IMG/VR virus record: IMGVR_UViG_2974651877_000001
Span: 1-64,000 of that record
Source of the DNA: a virus
Taxonomy: Duplodnaviria > Caudoviricetes
DNA length: 64,000 nt
Direction: 5' to 3' (one strand)
Position 1 is the first letter of the stretch, and every line of letters begins with the position of its first letter. The translations under genes were made by a program, and so were the position numbers. The notes below the pieces were generated by a model. That model ran no database searches. It saw nothing but the letters and a program-made list of their open reading frames with translations, and was not told the DNA's origin. Shown piece by piece: positions 41,767 to 48,823 of this stretch.

Positions 41767-41823
41767 TTAAAAAATCAATTGCCTGAGACTCAGGCAATTG
41801 ATATAATAATCAAACAAATTGAG

Positions 41824-41980
41824 ATTTCTTTGAGAAAGCGAACAAAGACGATAGCAGCTAAATGTGGGTATAACACTGCTGAAATCCTCAGGGCACCCTC
41901 AACGCGCAAACCTGTATGCGAAAGAGTCGGAGTTCACGTTGTCTGTAACCGGTTTGGACGACAGCTTTCATCAAAGAGAT
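41824..41980 (+). ncRNA. Putative ~160-nt structured RNA
   Basis: Starts just after the promoter at 41779-41807; atttctttga-gaaagc pairs with gctttc-a-tcaaagagat. Confidence 0.55.
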
Positions 41981-41983
41981 TTC

Positions 41984-42059
41984 GGGGTCTTAGCTCAGTT
42001 GGGAGAGCAGGGTCTTTGCAAGGCTCAGGTCGAGGGTTCGAGTCCCTCAGATTCCACCA
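41984..42059 (+). tRNA. tRNA-Ala (TGC)
   Basis: G3:U70 pair, tttgcaa loop and CCA. Confidence 0.92.
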
Positions 42060-42064
42060 AATTT

Positions 42065-42155
42065 GTCGTATTAAACGTCTATGGAGGACGGCAGGATTGT
42101 AGTCCCTGTGTCTGCGAAAGCGGCTCCCTAGGTTCGATTCCTAGATGCGGCACCA
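42065..42155 (+). tRNA. tRNA-Tyr (GTA)
   Basis: ttgtagt loop, long variable arm and CCA. Confidence 0.85.
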
Positions 42156-42162
42156 TTACAAT

Positions 42163-42241
42163 GCGGTTGTTTGAGTCCACTATACTTGTGTGATATAAGA
42201 TTAATTCTAGGAGAAAACTGACTCAACCTAGAGCCGCACCA
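42163..42241 (+). ncRNA. CCA-terminated mini-RNA
   Basis: gcggtt/agccgc plus ACCA; inner ttgagtc/gactcaa stem; no T-loop or anticodon arm. Confidence 0.5.
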
Positions 42242-42247
42242 AACAAC

Positions 42248-42325
42248 GGGTGAGAAGCATAAGTGAGTATATGCGGTCGGCTGTTAACCGAAAGATAGAG
42301 GGTTCAAGTCCCTCCTTGCCCGCCA
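42248..42325 (+). tRNA. tRNA-Asn (GTT)
   Basis: ctgttaa loop and CCA. Confidence 0.9.
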
Positions 42326-42404
42326 AATTATGAAAACTTTCAATAGCCTAATGAGTTTATTATTGCTATAATAACTTTAGAAATTGAGAGAAAAGGAAAA
42401 ACGT

Positions 42405-42578
42405 ATGTTTAATCAGTTTATGGTAATTAGTTCTATGGGTTGGATTATCCCTAAAGGTGATAAAATGAAAGCAGCTTTGTATGCTTACGCTTATGGAGCC
42501 AGTCTAAAAACGGTTAGACAACAATTCGGTATCAGCAAACGTCGCTTGAAGAAAGCGATAAATGCTGGAAACTGGTAA
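42405..42578 (+). CDS. Small hypothetical protein
   Basis: Own promoter at 42344-42372; AAGGA RBS; MFNQFMVIS... Confidence 0.65.
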   Translation: MFNQFMVISSMGWIIPKGDKMKAALYAYAYGASLKTVRQQFGISKRRLKKAINAGNW

Positions 42579-42586
42579 AGAACAAT

Positions 42587-42665
42587 GCGGTGTTGGTCTA
42601 GTCAGGTCTAGGATGTCTCCCTGTCACGGAGAAGGTCACGGGTTCGAATCCCGTACATCGCGCCA
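42587..42665 (+). tRNA. tRNA-Asp (GTC)
   Basis: tctcc-ctgtcac-ggaga anticodon arm; CCA. Confidence 0.92.
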
Positions 42666-42670
42666 AACAA

Positions 42671-42749
42671 TGGGAGTTACCTCGAAGCTGGTTACCGTCA
42701 GAAGCGCAGGCTAAAGAAAAGCCTATAATACCTGCGCTGCTCCCACCCA
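42671..42749 (+). ncRNA. CCA-terminated mini-RNA
   Basis: tgggagt/gctccca plus CCCA; inner agcgcagg/cctgcgct stem. Confidence 0.5.
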
Positions 42750-42755
42750 AACAAT

Positions 42756-42831
42756 GCGTCTAAGTATACGGGTTATGCCGCGCGCCTTCCAAGCGTTGCA
42801 GAGTGGGGTTCGATTCCCCCTAGACGCTCCA
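42756..42831 (+). tRNA. tRNA-Gly (TCC)
   Basis: cttccaa loop, U73 and CCA. Confidence 0.88.
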
Positions 42832-42847
42832 AATTTTGGAGTCTATT

Positions 42848-43051
42848 ATGATTGTGTTTATTAATGAGAGCCAAGAAGTCTCACTATATTCTGACCTAGG
42901 TCAGTGTTTTGACAACGAGATTAACTTTCGTTTTAGTAAGATTCTTAACACAGAAACCGGAGAACTATACGTCTACGATGACGCCGGTGCTCTTGATTAC
43001 CAAACCGTAATAGAGGTCTTCGATGATGAGTACGAAGACGAAGACGAATAA
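42848..43051 (+). CDS. Small acidic hypothetical protein
   Basis: GGAG RBS; MIVFINES...DDEYEDEDE. Confidence 0.65.
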   Translation: MIVFINESQEVSLYSDLGQCFDNEINFRFSKILNTETGELYVYDDAGALDYQTVIEVFDDEYEDEDE

Positions 43052-43052
43052 A

Positions 43053-43127
43053 GCTGGTATACACAAGCAGGGCATGTGCGGGGCTGATAACCTCTGAAGA
43101 CTGGTTCGAGTCCAGTTACCAGTACCA
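43053..43127 (+). tRNA. tRNA-Ile (GAT)
   Basis: ctgataa loop, T-arm and CCA. Confidence 0.82.
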
Positions 43128-43134
43128 ATTTAAT

Positions 43135-43217
43135 GCACGCATAGCCGAGGGGTACTACGAATGCCCTATCCGTAAGAGGAGCTGAAAATGGTGGTTCGAG
43201 TCCATCTGCGTGTGCCA
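43135..43217 (+). tRNA. Non-canonical tRNA-Arg-like RNA (ACG) without a D-arm
   Basis: Acceptor gcacgca/tgcgtgt plus GCCA, canonical T-arm, and a gggta-ctacgaa-tgccc hairpin ~8 nt after the acceptor strand. Confidence 0.6.
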
Positions 43218-43223
43218 AACAAT

Positions 43224-43300
43224 CAGAGCGTAGGGCAGTCTGGTAGCCTACTCCACTTGGAATGGAGATGTCGCAGGTTCAAATCCTGCCGCTCTGACCA
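43224..43300 (+). tRNA. tRNA-Pro (TGG)
   Basis: ctcca-cttggaa-tggag anticodon arm; CCA. Confidence 0.92.
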
Positions 43301-43307
43301 GTTAACT

Positions 43308-43384
43308 CGGTGCTTAGCTCAGTAGTGTAGAGCGCTCCGTTTGGGACGGAGGGGTCGTGGGTTCGAGTCCTACAGTGCCGACCA
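43308..43384 (+). tRNA. tRNA-Pro (TGG), second copy
   Basis: ctccg-tttggga-cggag anticodon arm; CCA. Confidence 0.92.
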
Positions 43385-43387
43385 ATT

Positions 43388-43529
43388 TTGAGACGTTAGT
43401 TCAGCAACACCCAAGATAGCTGTTAACTCAAAGATGCGGGTCAACCGAGCTGTCGGTTGTAAAGTCAGAACAGTCGTTGAGCTTGCCGTAGGAGGGCAGC
43501 CTTAGCCGGGGTACGTAAAACCTCTCAAA
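43388..43529 (+). ncRNA. Putative ~140-nt structured RNA
   Basis: tttgaga/tctcaaa closing stem; internal caaccga/tcggttg hairpin. Confidence 0.4.
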
Positions 43530-43533
43530 TTAT

Positions 43534-43612
43534 GGGGTGTGATAGCTTTTGTGACTTAACCTTGAGAGACTAGGAGTAAGTGAGAGTTTATCGGGTTTAC
43601 CCAACCCCTCCA
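43534..43612 (+). ncRNA. CCA-terminated mini-RNA
   Basis: ggggt/acccc plus TCCA enclosing an imperfect long hairpin. Confidence 0.45.
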
Positions 43613-43618
43613 ATTTAT

Positions 43619-43690
43619 GGACAGATGGTGTAACGTAACACGCTAGCCAGCCAAAGGCTAGAGCGGGGTTATAATCCTCAATGTCCGCCA
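43619..43690 (+). tRNA. Degenerate tRNA-like gene (possible CCA/Trp anticodon, G33, atypical T-loop)
   Basis: ggaca/tgtcc plus GCCA, gtg/cac D-stem, ctagcc-agccaaa-ggctag, and a ttataat T-loop. Confidence 0.45.
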
Positions 43691-43696
43691 AACAAT

Positions 43697-43773
43697 AGCG
43701 GGTTAGTTTAATTGGTAAAACCTTGGATTTTGATTCCAAAGTCGCAGGGGTTCGAATCCCCCACCCGCCGCCA
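43697..43773 (+). tRNA. tRNA-Gln (TTG)
   Basis: ttgga-ttttgat-tccaa anticodon arm; CCA. Confidence 0.9.
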
Positions 43774-43774
43774 A

Positions 43775-44830
43775 AGAGGAGACACCAGAGCCTTGCAACA
43801 GTTCTGGTATGGGGTGGCTAGCAAGAGCCTGCCCACAGGGTGTCTAGTATATGCACTCACGGTCGATGCCCTTGGAAGATAGGGAATATATAAAGCCGCC
43901 GATACCTTCGGGTTAGGGGCTTCGGAAGTTCGCTTCTGGATTCTAGCAAGTCCGCTATAAACCGTGCCGAAAGGCAGCGCACGGGGAATCACAAAAGTGT
44001 ACTTGTACATTTTCGGCTGTATCTGGTCGTTAGAATAATCTATCGAAAGGTAGGAAGGGCATTACCCACCCAGGGTGTCGCCGGTCTTCGGACGGTTCGT
44101 GGATAAAAGTACGAGACTCCTAGATATAATTTACCTCTAGGGCTTCCTGAAAGAAAAGGGGAGAAAAGTCAAGAAAACTAGAGCGAGGTTCGTAGGTAGG
44201 GTATGCCTATGGATACTGGGAAGATAACCAAGAGCCCTAAAGAAGACCGCAATCTTCTGCCTCGATGCAACTCTGGAAGACCGACGAAAGTCTAACGTAT
44301 AACACATTAGTGCGAGCAGTCATGTAAGTGCGGTGTGTACCAAAACAAGGTTGGGTTGAAGAATCTAAATCTTGCAAGGAGTTTAGTAGCGGGAACGTGA
44401 ACGACATGACTGAGTGGAATATCCGGTTATCCAAAAGGTAACGGGCTCCTGTGGGGACACTCAGTTGGGATGCTTAACATACAATGAACTAGACAGTTAA
44501 TCTAATCTTCATAGGATTTATATAAAAGCAAAAGAGCCCCACGGTACATGTTGAAAGGCGGTTAATTCCTAGCCCCCTCAAGGAACTAGGAGCATAGAAG
44601 GTCGCAAGCCTGATATGTTTTATCGGAAAAAGAATTTAGCGTCTTAGCGGATGCGAACGGGTCGCAAGCTCGGAAGGAATGGAACGATAGAGTAGACATG
44701 TATGACACTCCCACAGCATGGAGTCTAAATATTGCACCGCTGTTCGGATACCAGTGAGAACTGGTGGATAAGCCCTAAGACATACGGGTAGTGAAAGACC
44801 GGACAATGTAAGCCGTAATCTCAGGCTGAA
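43775..44830 (+). ncRNA. Giant structured non-coding RNA, GOLLD-like
   Basis: ~1.05 kb with no + strand ORF in the track, many GNRA/UUCG hairpins, long-range pairings, a 3' agccgtaatctcaggct end and a tRNA-cluster context. Confidence 0.7.
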
Positions 44831-44840
44831 TATTTTGAGG

Positions 44841-44920
44841 ATTCTTTGAGTTGTGTTCGGTGAAGTGGGTTGCCCTCCCAAAGGGTCGTCAGAACTTCCG
44901 AATATAACTCATCAAAGAAT
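44841..44920 (+). ncRNA. Long hairpin RNA (~80 nt)
   Basis: attctttga-gttgtgttcgg pairs with ccgaatataactc-a-tcaaagaat. Confidence 0.5.
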
Positions 44921-44929
44921 AGATTTAAT

Positions 44930-45006
44930 GCAGGAATGGCGGAATTGGCATACGCGCTGGACTTAGAATCCAGATTTTGAGAGTTCGAGTCTCTCTTCCT
45001 GTACCA
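44930..45006 (+). tRNA. tRNA-Leu (TAG) with short variable loop
   Basis: ctgga-cttagaa-tccag anticodon arm; CCA. Confidence 0.9.
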
Positions 45007-45011
45007 AATTA

Positions 45012-45035
45012 AGGGCGAGAAATCGCCCTATTTTT
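45012..45035 (+). terminator. Intrinsic terminator
   Basis: agggcga-gaaa-tcgccct followed by attttt. Confidence 0.7.
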
Positions 45036-45041
45036 ATCCCT

Positions 45042-45118
45042 GCTCGCATGGTCAAATTGGCATAGGCAATAGACTTAAAATCTATGGTATGTGGGTTCGA
45101 CTCCCACTGCGAGTACCA
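45042..45118 (+). tRNA. tRNA-Leu (TAA) with short variable loop
   Basis: ataga-cttaaaa-tctat anticodon arm; CCA. Confidence 0.9.
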
Positions 45119-45250
45119 AACTCTAGGAGACCTGTTAAGAGCCTCACTGGTCTTTAAAGTATCGAAAGAGGTCTGCGCTACACGTGGCATACGTTAGACC
45201 GTAAGGGTTAGAAATATGTCGGAGCATGGGAGCAGCATGCCACTAACAAA

Positions 45251-45347
45251 GGAAGAGTAAGCCGAAAGATTCTGGGTAACGGCAACGGTCTTGAAAACCG
45301 TCAGTCACTTAACGGGCGTGTGGGTTCGAATCCCACTTCTTCCGCCA
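45251..45347 (+). tRNA. tRNA-Ser (TGA)
   Basis: acggt-cttgaaa-accgt, long variable arm, G73 and CCA. Confidence 0.88.
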
Positions 45348-45437
45348 AATTAGAGCGTTCAGGCACCATGCCCTGAGGACGCGTATTCGACCTGATGCCG
45401 GTCAGCTGCGGTGAGACTCCGAAGTGTGGAACAATTT

Positions 45438-45500
45438 ATTAAAATCTTCAATAGCTAAATAACCTAAATTTCTATATAATATATTTATAGAATTAAGAAA
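45438..45500 (+). promoter_or_regulatory. Repeated promoter module, copy 1
   Basis: TAGCTA-17-TATAAT; 57/63 identical to 45920-45982. Confidence 0.8.
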
Positions 45501-45509
45501 GGTATTCGC

Positions 45510-45920
45510 ATGAAGATAAAAACCATGAGTAGAGGCTACAATCCTAGCATAAAGATTTCAAATATGTCAGTATCTTTGTTTATTAGGATGCAAGATGGAG
45601 AAACTTATCAGGTAGGTGTTATTAGACGACCTCTATCTAACCTAGGCTACGGACACGCTTTAATCACTAACGGAGATTACAATAGCAAAAACGTTACCCT
45701 AGAGCAGATAACTAAGCACTTAAAGGATGCGTATGAGCACATCTTAGGCCTAGACCCCAAGTCTGTTTCTTATTTTGACTTCTCGGTAGGTATACTGGAC
45801 TACCACCACGGTAGACTACTATGGTCAGCCAAGAGTACTGATAATGAGGATATTCACGCCACATTACGGAGCTTTAAGACTTTAGTTAAAAATTCCTTTG
45901 CGGTTTCTAAACTACAATAA
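45510..45920 (+). CDS. Hypothetical protein
   Basis: 136-aa ORF between the two promoter repeats. Confidence 0.7.
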   Translation: MKIKTMSRGYNPSIKISNMSVSLFIRMQDGETYQVGVIRRPLSNLGYGHALITNGDYNSKNVTLEQITKHLKDAYEHILGLDPKSVSYFDFSVGILDYHHGRLLWSAKSTDNEDIHATLRSFKTLVKNSFAVSKLQ

Positions 45921-45982
45921 TTAAAATCTTCGTTAGCTAAATAGCCTATATTTCTGTATAATATATTTATAGAATGAAGAAA
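45920..45982 (+). promoter_or_regulatory. Repeated promoter module, copy 2
   Basis: TAGCTA-17-TATAAT. Confidence 0.8.
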
Positions 45983-45992
45983 GGGCAAGAGC

Positions 45993-46250
45993 ATGAAGAA
46001 ACACATGGATTACTACGGTGTAGAGGCACTAATTAGACTAGTTAGTGCAGAAATAAATGTACCCATGCTACAGCCGCGCCCCCACTTTCGAGTTAAGAAA
46101 GATAAAATATCTTGGAAAGTGTACGGAAGGCTAAACGAAGAAAAAGTTTTGTTTACAGGCATCCTAGACAGAAAGTCTTGGTTAGATAAGCGTAAGTCTC
46201 TGATTATGTACCACGAAGACAGTCATCCAACTGGATTCTACGATTTTTAA
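45993..46250 (+). CDS. Hypothetical protein
   Basis: 85-aa ORF after a promoter. Confidence 0.7.
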   Translation: MKKHMDYYGVEALIRLVSAEINVPMLQPRPHFRVKKDKISWKVYGRLNEEKVLFTGILDRKSWLDKRKSLIMYHEDSHPTGFYDF

Positions 46251-46325
46251 GCCTTCAAAGCATTGCTGGCGATGCACTGGATTTGTAACCCAGTGAATTC
46301 GGTTCGATTCCGGATGAAGGCACCA
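46251..46325 (+). tRNA. tRNA-Thr (TGT)
   Basis: tttgtaa loop and CCA. Confidence 0.9.
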
Positions 46326-46331
46326 AACAAT

Positions 46332-46404
46332 GTGGGAGGGACGCTGGGCGTCGGTCGGATTCCAAACCCGTATCTGCTAGGTTCGATTCCTAGCTCCTAT
46401 GCCA
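46332..46404 (+). tRNA. tRNA-Trp (CCA)
   Basis: ttccaaa loop, G73 and CCA. Confidence 0.8.
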
Positions 46405-46406
46405 AA

Positions 46407-46644
46407 TTGTACAATAGCGACGATAACGCTTGGTAAGGCACTGATAAATTATCGGCATAGCGCAACCTTACCACTAATACTATGGTTGTAATCACAACCC
46501 AGTCCACCGATACTGATTAGGAAGGCGGTAGGGTAATCCCCGAATACAGATGTATTCGTTAGTATCTAAAAACAAGCGCAGTGAGGGGTGACAGCCTATA
46601 AGTCGTGTGGAGCAACTGCCTCCCATAGGTACTAACTAATACAA
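46407..46644 (+). ncRNA. Putative ~240-nt structured RNA between tRNAs
   Basis: tggtaagg/ccttacca, gatactga/ttagtatc and cgaatac/gtattcg stems; no ORF. Confidence 0.45.
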
Positions 46645-46645
46645 T

Positions 46646-46721
46646 GCACGGTTGGCAGAGCGGCAGATGCGGCAGATTTACATTCTGTTTGAGGTGGGTT
46701 CGATTCCTACACCGTGTACCA
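46646..46721 (+). tRNA. tRNA-Val (TAC)
   Basis: gcaga-tttacat-tctgt anticodon arm; CCA. Confidence 0.9.
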
Positions 46722-46727
46722 AATTAA

Positions 46728-46803
46728 GCCCCTGTAACTCACCAGGTGAGAGTAGCAAGCTCATAACTTGTTAGGCAGGGTTCGAGTCCCTGAAGGGGTA
46801 CCA
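46728..46803 (+). tRNA. tRNA with CAT anticodon (Ile2-lysidine or elongator Met)
   Basis: gcaag-ctcataa-cttgt anticodon arm; CCA. Confidence 0.82.
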
Positions 46804-46817
46804 GTTAAGGAGCGATT

Positions 46818-46994
46818 ATGGAACATCCATTTATTGTTTATATAAAAGAAGAAGTTAACAAGCTTGATGCGCAAGTTAGGGCAGCTAGAGCCGAAGACTA
46901 CCGAAACTCTAATCCGGTGGCTAGAGCCAAAATAAAGCGACTACTAACTGCTAAGCGAGAATTTGAAACGTTCCTAGCCCAAGAAAACAACTAA
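46818..46994 (+). CDS. Small hypothetical protein
   Basis: AAGGAG RBS; 58 aa MEHPFIVY... Confidence 0.65.
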   Translation: MEHPFIVYIKEEVNKLDAQVRAARAEDYRNSNPVARAKIKRLLTAKREFETFLAQENN

Positions 46995-46998
46995 TTAC

Positions 46999-47075
46999 GC
47001 AGCGGTAGCTCAGTTGGTTAGAGCGGTGGATTGAAGTCCCACAGGTCGAGGTCTCGATACCCTCTCGCTGCACCA
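46999..47075 (+). tRNA. tRNA-Phe (GAA)
   Basis: ttgaagt loop, slightly atypical T-loop and CCA. Confidence 0.85.
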
Positions 47076-47081
47076 TATTAT

Positions 47082-47143
47082 GCCCCACTAGTTAGTGGTC
47101 TATACTCCGGAGATGGCGGTTCGATTCCGTACGTGGGGCTGCA
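47082..47143 (+). pseudogene. tRNA remnant lacking an anticodon arm
   Basis: gccccac/gtggggc acceptor and gcgg-ttcgatt-ccgt T-arm; ends in TGCA. Confidence 0.55.
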
Positions 47144-47158
47144 ATTTAGGAGAACGTA

Positions 47159-47476
47159 ATGGACAGAGACCCAGCATTTCAAGAGTGGCTTGACCGTCAG
47201 CCTAAGTGTGACGAGTGCGGTAAACCACAGACCACACTACATAAGCATTATGAGCATTGTTCTAAGTACGAGCACATAGTTGACGACCATTACGATTCTG
47301 CGTGTATGCGTGGTACGTGTAAGCACTGCTTCCCTAACTACGTTGCTAAGGTTACTATGGAAGTTACCGAACAAGAAAAGTCGCTAATAAAAGCACTTAG
47401 AGACCCAGGTAGTTCAATGGCTGCTATTTACCACCACATAAAGAAAGTAGCAGCTTTCTTTAAGAAAGTACATTAG
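47159..47476 (+). CDS. Cys/His-rich hypothetical protein
   Basis: CDEC and CKHC motifs; AGGAG RBS. Confidence 0.7.
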   Translation: MDRDPAFQEWLDRQPKCDECGKPQTTLHKHYEHCSKYEHIVDDHYDSACMRGTCKHCFPNYVAKVTMEVTEQEKSLIKALRDPGSSMAAIYHHIKKVAAFFKKVH

Positions 47477-47587
47477 TTTCAGAACAACAGGAGCACCGCC
47501 TAACCGTAGGGCTTCTGCTGAAAGACCGTTTAACTGAGAGCGCTTGCACGGTCGGAGGGGTTAAAGTCCTCAGCAAGCCAACAAATT

Positions 47588-47720
47588 ATTTTTTGAGCAC
47601 TCTGTACAGCTAGTCCCTCTCTTGGTTGAGATACTAGCTCTGTTGGAGTAGTGACCTGAGGAAACCAAAGGCTAGGTTTACACTGAACCCAAGTCTGCGA
47701 GGATAGAGTGCTCAAAAAAT
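47588..47720 (+). ncRNA. Putative ~130-nt structured RNA
   Basis: ttttttgagcactct...agagtgctcaaaaaat closing stem; internal agctagt/actagct. Confidence 0.55.
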
Positions 47721-47727
47721 AAAAAAC

Positions 47728-47815
47728 GGAAGATAATCCACAACTGGTGTGTGGGACTCCCTGCTAAGGAGATTGCTTGGAAACGGGTGCAGTTCGATTC
47801 TGCTGTCTTCCTCCA
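47728..47815 (+). tRNA. tRNA-Ser (GCT)
   Basis: ctgctaa loop, variable arm and CCA. Confidence 0.85.
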
Positions 47816-47822
47816 CTCTACT

Positions 47823-47913
47823 AGAAGATGAGCCCTGATGGTGAAGGGGTACGCCTGGAAAGCGTTACGATTGTGGTGACATGGTTTCGGTTCGATTCCG
47901 ACTTCTTCTGCCA
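47823..47913 (+). tRNA. tRNA-Ser (GGA)
   Basis: ctggaaa loop, variable arm and CCA. Confidence 0.85.
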
Positions 47914-47936
47914 ATTTGATTTACAAGAGGTGAAAT

Positions 47937-48245
47937 ATGTTTAAAGGAATTCGTAGATGGTTCCATAAAACTTTCGGTACATGCACTTGGGGAACCCCAA
48001 TTAAGACCTTTGACTTTGTGCCTGTGGAACACGCTAATATTCGATATTGCACCCATGAACTGTGTAACAAAACTTGCACTAAAACAGCAGACCTAGATAC
48101 TATAGCTAAATACAAAGAAGCCCAAAGAATAGAGCTTGAAAAGTCTAGGGTAAGTAAGGCAGCGTCGGCAAAGCAGCCAGAGACGGTTGCAGTAGATAAA
48201 GCGGCACGTAGAGCAAAGCGGGCACTAAAACGAAATAAGCCCTAG
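47937..48245 (+). CDS. Hypothetical protein
   Basis: GAGGTG RBS; 102 aa. Confidence 0.7.
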   Translation: MFKGIRRWFHKTFGTCTWGTPIKTFDFVPVEHANIRYCTHELCNKTCTKTADLDTIAKYKEAQRIELEKSRVSKAASAKQPETVAVDKAARRAKRALKRNKP

Positions 48246-48462
48246 GAGGGATTATGATTTACTGCAAAGACACTCAAGGCTACCTACGCAGAGTAGCATA
48301 CGGAACCTTCAACCAAAACTGGAGTCTTATACAGAACCCTGCTAGAGTTAAAGAAATGCTGAGACAGACTCTAAACATCCACACGAACGGAGCAGTCTTG
48401 GTACTTGTCAAATAACCCCCAAGGGCGCGAACGAAAGTTGTCGCCCTATTTTTGTATCCGAG

Positions 48463-48756
48463 GTGTTTATGCCACGATTTAAGAAACGTAATAAAACCTT
48501 CCTATCAGAGTCACACGAGGAATTTGGCAGTGTATCCTGGTATGTTAAGGAAAGAGGTGATTGGGGCTCTGACGTTCAAAGTGAGATTCGCATCACAGAC
48601 TGTTACAAGGTAGTAACTCTAGACTTTTGTGCAGAAAGCCCTTCAGACGCTAAAAAGCGCCTAGAAAAGCTAGATACTTTGATTACCGAACTACAAGAAG
48701 CTCGAAAAGCCCTACAAGAGTGCGTTGATTTACGCTGGAACCGTAAATACATTTAA
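48463..48756 (+). CDS. Hypothetical protein
   Basis: GAGGTG RBS; IRITDCYKVVTLDF motif. Confidence 0.7.
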   Translation: MFMPRFKKRNKTFLSESHEEFGSVSWYVKERGDWGSDVQSEIRITDCYKVVTLDFCAESPSDAKKRLEKLDTLITELQEARKALQECVDLRWNRKYI

Positions 48757-48823
48757 TCTTTACTAGCCTTTTGTCCGATTTTTCCGTATAATACTTGTAT
48801 AAACTGAAAAGAAGGGATAAAAG

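Noticed and set aside
43775-44830. rRNA fragment, RNase P RNA, tmRNA or group I/II intron identity for the giant RNA
   Set aside because: I could not find their diagnostic sequences or any interrupted host gene; a covariance search is still needed.
44841-44920. SRP 4.5S RNA mimic
   Set aside because: The hairpin lacks the GGAA tetraloop and the CAGG/AGCA symmetric loop.
41159-45190. ORFs such as 41779-42102, 41864-42193, 43708-44010, 44237-44434 and 44636-44881
   Set aside because: They overlap tRNAs or the giant structured RNA and translate to typical tRNA-shadow peptides.
45350-47720. Hammerhead ribozyme cores (ctgatg at ~45382, ctgagga at ~47656)
   Set aside because: No complete CUGANGA...GAAA core with three flanking stems could be built.
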